The notes under the pieces were generated by a model. It was not told the DNA's origin. It did no database searches and saw nothing but the letters and a program-made list of their open reading frames with translations. A stretch of DNA of 64,000 nt. Source: Fimicolochytrium jonesii. Taxonomy: Eukaryota. The DNA lies in contig NW_026515668.1 of NCBI RefSeq assembly GCF_025526975.1, positions 1,364,001 to 1,428,000 on the forward strand, read 5' to 3'. The position numbers and the translations under genes were made by a program. Positions 52,601 to 64,000 of this stretch are shown piece after piece. Within the stretch, counting starts at the first letter, position 1. Every line of letters starts with the position of its first letter.

Positions 52601-53808
52601 AAGTCTATCCAGTACACGATTAGCCACACGATGCCGCAAGGTAAGGGTCCTTTTCTGGCACTTGCCGGTATCGCCTCCGACTAACGTCAACTGATATTTC
52701 GTAGTCATTGCGAACATTACGTACATCATCATCCCACTTCCTATTCCTCTCGGATCTATGCTTATCTTGGTCACTGATTTGGGCTTCGAACTGCCGAACG
52801 CGCTGAGTTACGCTTGGGACCCTCCGGAAAACAGGGCCGGCCTCATGAAGCTCTCGCCTCGTAAGCCTGTGACACCTGGATCCATCGCGAGGTTGAAGAG
52901 ACGGCAGGCGGAAGAGCTTGCCAACGGACCTCCAACTGACCCCGAATCCGGCATCACCGCACCGAACACGATTGGAGCCAAGATTCGCAGGTTCTTCGCT
53001 GGTATCGCTGCCCTTTTCACGGCCAAGTATTGGAGGGACACCTTCGAGAAGACGGACGAGGAAGTCCTTGTGGATCGCGGAGTGCTCTCTTGGGCTTATC
53101 TCGAAGCGGGAGTCATCGAGTCGTTGGGATGTTTGCTCACCTACTTCGTCGCGATCTGGTACTTCAACAAGGTTACCCCTACGGACTTGCAGAAGCATGG
53201 CTCGGACTGGGGTCAGAACAAGGGGCCCATCACACTTGGCGATGGACGGGTGTTGGTGAGTTTTTGCGTGTGTCGAATCAGTTGGTGGCTCGGTATGAAA
53301 AACTACAGCGACACTCACTAGAATATGACATTAATAGGACAACGACGCTCAAATCGATGTGAATAACGTCGGACAGTCGGGTTACTACGTTGCCCTGTTC
53401 GTCCAACAATGCTTCAACCTGTTCATCTGCAAAGCACGTCTCGGCTACCCCATCGGACGCGGCATGTTCTCCAACAAGCATAACTTCGGTGGTGTGATCC
53501 TCGGTTTCTGCCTCGTGGTCTTCTTCGTCTACGTGCCGCCTTTGAACATTGCTTTCTCGACGAGCTGGCACTTGGGCCCTCTCATTTGGCTCGTCCCGAT
53601 GGCGATGGGTGTTCTCTTGTTCGGATATTCAATTCTCCGAACATATATCATTCGCAAGCGTAAGTTGACACCGGTTGTCCCGCAGTCTCCTTTGAAGTGC
53701 GGAAATCAACTGACCCTCGGTTTCATATTTCTAGGCAACCCTATCGCGTACTCTCGCGACGTCGTTGGGCTTCAAATGTACCCTACCAGATGGTCTACTC
53801 GTGGATGA
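49678..53808 (+). CDS. P-type ATPase, Na,K-/H,K-ATPase alpha-like (P2C group)
   Basis: GLNQLSPPK, GDKVPAD, VDNSSLTGE, VPEGLPATVT, DKTGTLT, GDATETGL, EIPFNSENKW, KGAPE, MVTGDH, FARTSP, TGDGVNDSPALKKAD, NLKKSIQYT. About nine introns. Confidence 0.95.
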
Positions 53809-55303
53809 TTGCGGAGGGGGCTCGCTGGTTTGTCTTATCGTCCTCAATGTCAACATTAGAAAGACCATTGGGCGCCAGTGCAAGTCTTGTTATCATGTTG
53901 GATCTAGAAAGGCGCCTATCTCGTTTCCCTTATTATGCATAATTGTGACGGCCCTATCTTCTGCTTCTTTCAATTCATCGAATTCTTCTCATAACGAAGC
54001 GGCACACACGGCAGTGCGCGATAGTCACTGGTATTTGCGGAGACTCAGGGTCTCTGCAAATCCATGGGTCAGCATCCTTTTAGTCATAAACTGCTCGTTG
54101 CTGGAGAAGGGCTCGAAAGCCGTTTACTTCTGGGGAGTGCTGGCTGTTCAGCAACGTTTCGGAGACGGATTGAGCAAAGGCATCATTGGGAGCAATGGTG
54201 CTGAGGCTGCTCCTATGACTTCTACGAGCAGGAGCCTGTTACGCCGAAAAATGATAAGAAAGGCACAACATATGTCATCTCTTTTCTAATTAGAATAGGG
54301 TCGCGAGGAGGGGCGTGGGTCATGTGCGCTGCTGGGTGAATGGAGAAGTCGAACACAACACAACACTCCCATTATTAGTGCGCAAACCAACAAGAGTTCG
54401 ACGCATCTATGAGAGCTCCCATCCGGACGGGCGAGTTATCACTCATTTTGGAGGTTGCGAAGCCCTTAGCGCAGTCGTCCGAAGCATCTTCAAGATCACG
54501 TCGTCGGAAGCTGTCCGAAGTCGCAGCTTTAGCTGCGCGTCGTGGGCAATGCGCAGAAGCGTTCTTTTTCCCATTCGGCTCATGCAACAAGGATCTAAGG
54601 GTAAGCTTTATGATCAACTTGAACTGGGTATCAGCCTATCAGGGTGCCATCGCCTCATTGTTTCCTACACTAGCCATGAACAAGCGGAACGAGACAGTAA
54701 AGAGAAAACAGCCGTGGCTGGAGGTTGGTGTGTCCATCTCATTGAACTGAGGGTGGCCGTTCAATGGGAAGATACGGCCGTAGGGCCGTAGGCTGGTGTG
54801 GTGTGGTGTGGAATATCTACTCCAGCGGGTTGCTGGCTTACCCAACATATCACCCAGAGACAACACCATTCCACCGGAGTACGCTGGTTTCAAGAGACGA
54901 TGGCTCAACAACATCCTACGCCAACTGACAAAAAGCAGCTTTCGTGAATTATTTTACAGTACCTGTTTTGTTGTACAGACCATTACCGCATCACCGGGTG
55001 GTAGCGACTAACAGACTAACCCGGTCCGCTATTCGCGCTAAGAATGACACGACCAAGGGTTTTTGTCGGTTTCTTTTTTCTTTTAAGAAAAAATGCCAGT
55101 CGTTTACTCCATAGATAGACACCACAACCTTTATTCCAGGCCAGTCTTTTCGCTGCGACCTACGATAGGACTTTGGGGCCCATCCTCAAACTACAAGGGG
55201 CGGGCGTGCGAGAGCGCCGTGTACTTATTCTTGTAAATTATGATTGCTCTATGATTGTAATCCCAAAGGATGGCATAAGCTAGCTACGGAATCTACATAG
55301 AAA

Positions 55304-58300
55304 CTACCTGCCCCCCGCCTTCTTCATCGCCTTCTTCACTTGATCCTTCTTCTTCTCCATTAATCCTTTGGGATCCACAATCGTCGCATCTCCCTTGAAC
55401 TTGGCAGCAATCTCCGTTGCCGACGTATTCAGCTTTCGCTTCTTGGAAGACGAACCGCTTCCTTTTACATTGACGATCGTAGCCGACCCGGAACCCAGCT
55501 CCAACGAGTCAGCGGTGGCGTCCGGAATAGCGAAGCGCTCCAAGTTGAGCGTTTCGAGCACCCGTTTCTGTTCCTTCCGCAGGGCAGCCTTGATATCCGA
55601 CTCGCCTTGGGACAAGTCCGCAGAAAGCGATTCGGTGGTGGGATCCCAAGCGGCTTCGTCGGTTATATCGCGGGGACGTGCTTTCCCGTCGTCGATATCC
55701 ATGGCGTCGTCGTCCTCGCCTTCAGCATCTGCGAGGGCGCGCTTAGTGTCTGCTTTCGAAACGGGTTTGACAACAGCTTCTACTTCGTACGTCACGTCCG
55801 ATTCCACCACACCAGACAGGAACAAGTGGCATTTGCGGATAAGCTTGCCAAACAAGGCCATAATTTGCGTTGATGGGAGGTCCAACTCCTTTTCGAGGTC
55901 ATCCACTGTCTTCTTCTGCAGACCTAGACCGGCAAGGAGAGCAGCTTGAACGGGAGAAAGCTTGACGAATGTTGGCGTTGAGGCGGAGGGACCGCCGGCT
56001 TCCTGAGTGGAACCGTTCGCTGAACTGTGACGGTGAAGGCGGCCGAGGAAGTATGCTTGTGCCAGGGACGGGATCAAATCCATGATGACGTGGTAATCGA
56101 GAAGGTTGTGAGTGTACGACTCGAGACGCTTGAGATCATATGGAGTGAACTGGCGGCTGATCTCAGACGCAGTTGACAGGGCCGCTACCGTCAGGTCTCG
56201 TTCTTCGCTTGGTGGCGGGGCATCCTTAATTGCGCCAGCGGCTTCAAAGATGCTCATAACGAGAATGGGAGAGAAGGCCCGGAACTGGTATGCCAAAAGG
56301 TTCGTGAATCTCCGGCGGAAATCCAGAGTAAACGATTTCAGCCACTCGGACTGTGTGATTGTGAAATCTTCGCCAGGCGCAGAGTTACGGTTAAGCTTCT
56401 TCAACATGACGCAAGAATGTTCACCGGTAAGTTCATTTGGCGTTTGTCGAAGGTACACAGGGACGTAACCATTGCGTTTCCAAAACTTGTGCAAGGACGC
56501 TGTGATACCGTACGAAACACCGAGCCAGTGAAGGTTTTCCCTAGGTGGACGTTCAGAAAGCTTGAGTAGGAGTGGTGGCATAGTAGCGGCGTCACGGATC
56601 TTGATCTGATCGCTTTGCAAGGACGCTCCTTCCAGCTCCTCATCGGTAACGCGAGTCATGGATTCGGTAGGCACAGACGCAGGAGTATCATCCTCGTTGA
56701 GCGACGCAATCTGACCGCTGTAATAATCTTGGAGTAGCTCCAACGCCCGTCCACCGTAACCCATTCCGACGTAATCCGGATGTGTGGCGATACGCACAAC
56801 ACGTGCACCAGAGAGGGTGGCAAAGTCGTCGTCCTGGAATTGCTGTGTGATCACCCAGGGAATCAAGTCTCCCTGCGCGCGAACACCCTTCGCAAGGGCA
56901 GAGAGTGCAGAGCCCTTGGCAATCGATCCTTCCATGCACACCTGGACCACGCAAAGTGGTTCAGGTAAGGCCGTTGTTCGTTCCTCATCGACCGGTGGGA
57001 GGAGGACGAACAGATGATGCGCCGGTGCATCGCTGAGAAGTTGCAAGTCATTCGGGCTGTTCTTGTAATGACTGGCGACGTATAACGACATCATCTTTTG
57101 CAGGAAGGCTTCAGACACTGGGTGGAAGCTGAACAGTGTGTCGCGGTTGACGTAGTACAACTCGCACTTCGAAGGATGAGGACATCCGGAGATGGACCGG
57201 CTAATGGAAGGGTCGGGAGTGCAGCAGTCGAGGCAAAGAAGCTTGTTCAGCCATGATTCGACAGGATCGCCAGAGGCATATCTGATCGGCTCCTCCAATT
57301 TGATTTCACGGAGCGTGCGATTTCCAACGACTGCGGGTGTGACCGCGGTTGCGTCTCCCGATTTGCGTTCCTTTCCATCACGGCTAACCACGACACCAGT
57401 GGCATCCTCCTTGCCTTTCGCGGATGTGACTCCGCGACTTTGCTCTCGTAGCTGGCTCAACAGCTTCAGAGACAAAGAACGGCCAGTGCCTTCGTAACCG
57501 TTGATTGTTGAAGCCATGAAAACCAGGTACGGTCCAAGGAGGTTCTGCACGACGGGTAGAGGGATGGCAGCCGCTTCATCAATGACAACCAGCTCGGCTT
57601 GTGCGAGGACATGCGAGTCAGACGGCTGAATCCACTGAATGGTTTGACGGTGGTCGCGGAAGATGTTAACTCTCACAACCGCCTTTTGGAACGCGGGATT
57701 CGTCGACTGAACAATATCATAGTCCAAATGCTCTTCGTATCCAAGCGCATCGAAACCTTTGAAGATGAATTCGAACAGAGTCTTCAAGTTCTCGGGACTT
57801 GGCGATGTGATGAAGATGTTCGAGTATCCGTAAGCCACCGCAGCAGCCATCGCTATTCCAAGCGCAGCGGATTTACCGCGTCCACGAGCAGCCGTCAGTG
57901 ACACCGTCGATCTCAGGGATTTGTCAGCGATGGCTTCGATGAACGTCAACAACGCCTTCGCTTGATCCAGCGTTTTCGCGCAATTCACGAGAGATCCCAC
58001 AGGCTCCGTGTCTTTGAGAGATGTTTTCAGGTCCGCCAGCTCCTTTTGCGCCGGTGTGAGGGGAGTCTCTTCGAGCCGGGGTAATGGCTTCACGTTCTTC
58101 CCAGCGCTGAGTGGGAGTACATTTAACTCGTCATCGACCACCAAGCAAGATTCGCAAGATCCCAGCGACAAAATGAAACGTTCGTTGAATCTCGCAACAG
58201 TATCCTGATGCGACTCCGTCCGATATCTCGAATGCACATCCATCGTCATGCTGTACAGCTGCTTCAAGCTGTTCATCGTCTTCAACAAAATGACCACGAT

Positions 58301-58815
58301 ACCACCGCCTTCGACCGTCTCGATCGTCCGTGCCAATAGATTTGGCGTCAGCGCCTCAAAATCCTGCAGGACGCACATCCCGTATGTGTTTCCCAAAATC
58401 TTCTCCGTCTCTTTGTAGTAGGTGTATCGGATAGATGTTGACGAAACGAAGAGTTCGAATGGATCCTCCTGGTCTGCTTCCCTGATCCCTCGCGCAATCT
58501 GCCTTTTGATCTGGTTTATACGCTTTTTCCGATGGCTACATAAAGAGTTGCGTGAGCTTGCAAATTTCAGTTGAACATTCATTGCAATGTGGTTATTACA
58601 TACCTGGAGAACCCAAGCTCCTTCTTGTAACACCAAAGCACGTCGGGGCGGGCTGCAACCCTCGCCTTCGCCAACAAGAAGTGCATCGTCACCACTTGGT
58701 CCCTTCCTCGGTCTCCCACAAGGACAAAGAAGGAACGCTTGTTTTTCTGCACATTGTTCTGAATGAGGGTCGGAATGCGGGAGTCCAGCTTTTTTCGTTG
58801 CGTATTTTGGACCAT
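55304..58815 (-). CDS. KRE33: RNA cytidine acetyltransferase NAT10/Kre33
   Basis: RKKLDSRIPTLI, LWCYKKELGFSSHRKKR, QDFEALTPNLLARTIETVEGGG, ARGRGKSAALG, ASHYKNSPNDLQ, GARVVRIATHP. One intron at about 58603-58537. Confidence 0.97.
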
Positions 58816-59458
58816 TTTGTGGGTTGGTGAGAGTAATTTGTGGCGAGGAGACCTTTGAGCGGTTTTATCGTCCACTTTCTGTCTCGAGCAGGTCGTATGA
58901 AAGAAATTTGACGACCCTGCTGCCGCACTTCCCCTGCATAGACGTTTTCAGTTCCAACCCAAAACACCAGAACTCACAACTGGCGAGGACGTGAGAAATT
59001 CATCCGAGGTCTTTCACGTGATTGGTCATGTGCTTCGTAAATGTTGTGCCAACGCAGTCCACAGCACAAAATCCTAAGGTGGGCTAGATCTAATAGAGCA
59101 AGGCCAATGTCCAGAAGATAAGGAGGTGCACAGTAGATTGGACGTAACTAAAGAAGAGACATTATATACATGAAAGCAGAGAAAACAACTTGAAAAGAGG
59201 GTAAAAAAAAGGGGTTATAACATGGAAGGTTTCTAAACCGTAAATGTGTACAGGAAAGATATCAAAAATCCAAATGTTGGTCGCCATATAGTTTCCGGGA
59301 CAGAGAACGTCAGGGACAGGGAACGTTAGAACCAGATGCCTGACTTGCTGTGATACGCCGTGTATGGGGGAACATACACCAATGGGGTGATTTTCGGACG
59401 CATGCCGATCGGTATGAGGTTTTGAGATATATAGCTTTGGCGGCGATGACGGAAACAT

Positions 59459-61359
59459 TCAATTGTAGATCGCGGAAAGCCTTCGTTGTATCTCCCCGGG
59501 TATAGTACGCATAGTGGGGTTTGGCACTTCCAGAGTGGTTGTTGACTGCGATGCGGGTGTATCGGAGAGAGGCAGCGATGCAGTGCTCATCAGAGCCTGG
59601 CTGGTGTTGGATCGTGACATCGACAAAGCCTGGCTCGTGCTGGATCGGGACATGGATGGCGAAAGCGGAGGCGACAGTATACCGAGTTGCGACACAGCTG
59701 CCAGCGACTCCGCGGTGAGCATGTTATCATGTGCCTGCTTTCGTAGTAGTCCCGCGAGTCGTCTATGCGCGTTGAGCTCTTTCTCGTATAGGGCGCGTAT
59801 GAGGACGTTTTCACGAGTTTGTTCCTCGTGCTTCTTGCATAGTTCTTCATGTCGAAGCACCAGGGCGTTGAACTCTCCTAGAGGTCCTTCGTGCTGTTGA
59901 CGAAGGCGGGCGATCTGGCGTTCGGATTCAAGCCGTTTCTCCCTTTCGTCTTGCAACTGTTGTTCCAGATCGGTGATTTTCCGCTCAGCCTCAGCTAATT
60001 GATCGGCCGTTTCCTGTGGACGCAGTTAGGATTAGTTATCGTGGTCCGACTTGCATACATGAGCAGTGAATTTCTCACCTGGTAGACATCTTGCACCTCT
60101 TCGGCCGAAAACATGTCTCTAACTTTCTTCTCCCATGCCTTCTTTTCCTTCTTCATTTTCTTCTCCACTTTATCCTTCTCAATTTCCGCGATACGACGCG
60201 CCTCCTCAGCTTCAGCGAATCTGCGTTCCATTTCCTGTGCGGCATCGGCCTCTGACCTCGCCTGTGCGACACATAATGCGAGCGAGAGAGCCGCGCGCCA
60301 TCGGTCCAACTTAGCAGGGGCCTTGAATCGCAGGTATAGGACCACGATTTCACCCGAGGGGATAAGCGGGCTGATATCAGGGTTCTGATTCATGGTGGAC
60401 GCGGGTGTGTAGGGTTCGAGGTGAAGGAGGAGCATTGTGCCTGTTCGTTCTCGATCGACTGATAAGACCCGGAAGGTGGACAGGACGGGAACCTTCGACT
60501 GAGAAGAGCCGCCCATAAATGTGGACGACCGTCGTGTAGGTCGACGTTGTAACGCTTCTGCTGCGCAAAAATATAGTAGAAGTGGCGGTCAGATTCCCTT
60601 ATCCTCAAGTACGCTTCCATTTCCAACTTTTCTCACCATAAGGCCCATCCGCATCGATGCTCCAGCTTCTACGATTCCAGACTTCTAAACTTGGTCTTTT
60701 TCGCTCCCCGTCGCCTCCCAGCGTCACAGCACCTTCGACACTTTTCCTGACGGTTGAAAATTCGCGACTGAGACGACGCCATTTGAGACCGGAATTCAAC
60801 GACGTATTCGACGCATTGCTTGGAGGCGGTTCCGTTTGCGCGGCGATAAATCTACATCAAAGAGCGCTGATTAGTTTAGAGCCAAGCAGAAGGATTGTAG
60901 CCAATGTGGGTTTATCTCTTACCCTTCAAGGTGTAGTAGGGAAGCGTCGTCAAGCCATGCTTGCACAGATGTCCATTTGTCCTTTGCAACTTTGTTATTC
61001 GGAACACTTGATGTGCTTTCCTTCCCTCCATTGACCATATTCGCGAAAGCTGTCCGTAGGACGTCCAAACTGCGTCGGCGCATCTTCAGGTCGGCTAGGT
61101 TATGGGACGACCCAGAGAACCGTGGATTCGAGCCGTTGGGTCCTGATACTTGGGCAGGCGATAAAACCGACAGCTTTCCTTCGCAGACAATGGTTCGCGG
61201 CACTGGGGTGGGCCTCGTCGGGAGAGGCGGTGGTCTGGCGGTTGGCATGTAGTGCAGCTGCATATCCAACTCGTCGACGGGCGTCCACGGAGACTCGACT
61301 CCGTCCTCCTGCTCGTTCATGAGGGAGGAAGGAGGAGTGGACCGCTGGTGGGAAGACAT
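59459..61359 (-). CDS. Hypothetical protein with split PH-like domain and coiled coils
   Basis: IVCEGKLSVL..KWTSVQAWLDDASLL..VVLYLRFKAPAKLDRWRAALSLAL (PH-like) followed by an E/K/R-rich coil. Introns at about 60921-60853 and 60078-59996. Internal 11-aa duplication SMSRS(S/N)TSQAL. Confidence 0.75.
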
Positions 61360-63069
61360 TTTTGACAGCTTGTGTTGGAGATCGATGTGAAGACGCGGCT
61401 AAATGCTTCCATAGGGCAGTGGAAGGCCTCTTCCTCCGATATATACACGATGGTTATCAAATGCCGGGAGAAACGTCTCAACTGTCCGAAGGAGACTAGG
61501 CCCCTTCCCTAGCGTTGCTAGTGTCCCTTGCCCGCTGCCGAGACTTCCCTTGGAGTCTCAAAGCGCTCACGATCCCCTCGCCTCCTCTCCTATACGGCCC
61601 TTTTCCGAGGAGTAACGGTGTCTCGACTCTTCTCCGAAAGTTCTTCAACTGCACCTGCCGTTCTATGTAAAAGCGAACAAGGGGCAAAGGTGGTTTGTCA
61701 CAGCACAGTCACAGATTTGAGGCCTGCCAGTTCTCCTTTGAGGGTTGCATGCAGCGCACGACGCACGTCCACAGACACAGGATCCTCCCTCCTGCAAATC
61801 GTCCCTGCGCATTTGGTTGTGCGACGCCATTTTCGGACGCAATGGGTGGCGCAGTATGCCGCAGCATGGGATGGGTACGCAACCATGACGCATCACCAAA
61901 CTGAATTTCGACAGCGAGACCCCTTCAATATCAGTTTTCTGTTTGCGAGAAACGGCCGGACAAGGAAGGCAACCTCCTTCGAGAGAAAGGACATCGAAGT
62001 ATGCATCACGAACACCCGTAACTGTATTCCTTTATATTTAACTGCAGGGACGATTTCGGGAACGTGCATACATTCGAAGCGAGGGGGATAAATCAGAGGC
62101 AAGATGCGAAGGCGGCAAAAACCGGAAGCCATCCTCCTTGGGAGGTTTCCACCTATTATCACTTCTACCAATCATAGTTCACGTTTAACCGCGATCGTCA
62201 ATGTCGCTTTGGCTTGCCAGCGTCATTGATGCCTGACGAAGCATGTTTCCTCAGTATGATCGTCCCTCCAAAAACACGCATTCCTCTTGAACTTGAAGCC
62301 AATCCCCACGCCAAGTCCTGTGTCTGTGTTGCGGAACTCTGCCGGAGTGCATGACTGAGATTGGATGTCAATTGATGAATATCCCTGGGACTGGTCGGTG
62401 AAAAATATACCGCATGGAAGGCTAGGGGTTCGCAGGGAAACAATGGGGAGGATCGACGTGGGTGGCTTATGATAGTTTCCAGTTGGCAATTCATCCGGGC
62501 ACCGAGTTGGAGGATCGTTCGTCAGCCGGTGCTGTTGATCATTTAGTCGCGAAGGTGCCACGTGACGGGGGTGTTTTTCCGAGACCCAAGATTAGCGGGA
62601 GGATCGGCAGTGCGATCGCATCCGGCTCTGTGGATCTGGCTCCTCAATGACCCGCTGTCGCCCTGGATTTCTCATTCAGGCCACAACAAGCAGGGCGCTG
62701 GATCTGGAGAAGGGGAGACCCCAAATCGCAGCCATCCGCACCGTCCTCTGTCGCCCGACTTCCCAACTTCGCTGAAAAACTTATATAACCTCAACACAGG
62801 CAATCTCTTGTCCTGCACGAACGGATTTCATCGCACTGTGCTCCCACGAGAAACGCATAGTCTACAAGGTACGAGTTGCACTGTGCAGACACTGGTATCC
62901 CATATCTGGCGAGTGGCTTTGCTACGCTCTCGTATTTTGGCTGTCGGTTGGAAGCTGACGGTCGCCCGTTTTCCGTTTGTGGCTCGCAGTGTTCCTATAC
63001 CTCCGAGCAGACGAAAAGAATAATCGCAGAGAACATCCCTTCTCAGCGAAAGAGCTAGTATCAGCAAAA

Positions 63070-64000
63070 CTTTCACCTCTGTGTCAACGTTCCAGGCACT
63101 GGTTCTGAATCATTTGACGCCGTTTGGGCATCATTGGACAACACACCGTTCAGCGAGCACGTAACCCACGAAAACCCATGACGACGTTGGCCACTCTGAT
63201 AGCCGTCAACCGCCAAGCTCCCGATTGAAAGGGACCTGACTTTCGTCTCTCTTCCACCGACCTTCAGCATCTTTGGTGCATCGAAAGGTCGTCTACATTT
63301 ACGGTCTCTCCCTTTCGGCAGCACCCTCGTTGGGCTGCGAACTCTCTTTGATGAGTCCAACTACCCTACGTCCGTCGCTAGCAAATGTCCTTCATCAGCG
63401 CAACGTTACGCCCGAGCTCCATGGCGAGCTTTCGTCCTCCAAAAGACCTCTTCCTGTTTCGGAAGGCTCGCCGGTGTGTATTCTCCTACCACTTCGAATG
63501 GGATCATCGGCGGTCCCATACTAAGTCTTTCCATTATTCTTTTGATCCTAGATCGTGGCTCCAATAACGTCCGCCATCAGTCCTCAACCAGGCAATCACG
63601 GCGACAAGCTCGATAGTGTTCAAGACATTCTGCGCAACGTCTCTGGTCCCATGTCCCCCATGGGATTGAAGCCTTCGGCGGCGCCGGGTCATCTGGCCGA
63701 AGCGCCAGCTGGCCCTGGTCCTCCGGTTCTTCTTCATCCGACGGCATACTCTGCTCACTTTCCAGCGTATTCTCAATTGCCCGGTCCTATGGTGCACCGA
63801 CGCTCTGAGCCAATCTTGCCGACGGTGCAGCGCCCCGAATACCATGCTCACCATCATCCAAACCATCCTCAAAACCATCCTCAAAACCATGGTCGATATC
63901 CGGGTCAGCTACCGGCTCAGGTTCACCATCATCCTCACTCGTATCCTCAATACCCGCCGCCCCAGAACGGGTTCCATGGACCTCCAACATCCACACCTTC
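63070..64000 (-). pseudogene. Decayed coding sequence (acidic/Pro-rich segment and downstream fragments), continues beyond window
   Basis: The frame of ORF 63787-63996 continues in the same acidic style past TAG (DRAIENTLESEQSMPSDEEEPED). Scattered stops follow. Confidence 0.4.

Noticed and set aside
53950..55300. Short ORFs between the convergent ATPase and NAT10 genes
   Set aside because: No consistent frame, splice pattern or motif; possibly decayed sequence but not supportable.

Overview
Gene-dense, intron-rich eukaryotic DNA with short GT-AG introns (mostly ~55-120 nt) and CTRAC/CTAAC branch sites. It is clearly fungal (homocitrate synthase, Rim15, Kha1, DUF1769). An early-diverging lineage, probably a chytrid, is inferred from the SDF2 and Na,K-ATPase-like genes. 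About 20 intact protein genes are present: Kelch-repeat secreted protein (partial), small TPR-like protein, CK2 alpha, glyoxalase I, Rim15, two low-complexity proteins, DUF1769 protein, NAD(P)-binding oxidoreductase, PP2A B55, SDF2, HAD-IIA hydrolase, PAP2 phosphatase, homocitrate synthase, K+/H+ antiporter, MAPKKK, P2C-like ATPase, NAT10/Kre33 and a PH/coiled-coil protein. An ~11 kb accessory interval (38.0-49.6 kb) holds two decayed tandem paralogues, a spliced orphan pseudogene and repeat relics. Most notable observations: the DUF1769 gene has no usable AUG (candidate CUG/AUA start); a Tc1-like MITE occurs with scattered TACAGTA/TACTGTA footprint-like heptamers; the Rim15 receiver domain looks phosphorylatable; the P2C pump has altered ion-binding residues; and a 13-bp CCAAT/E-box element is shared by CK2 and NAT10. 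No rRNA, tRNA or CRISPR array was found, and no complete new multi-gene system can be supported from the sequence alone. All exon boundaries, alignments and counts were read by eye.
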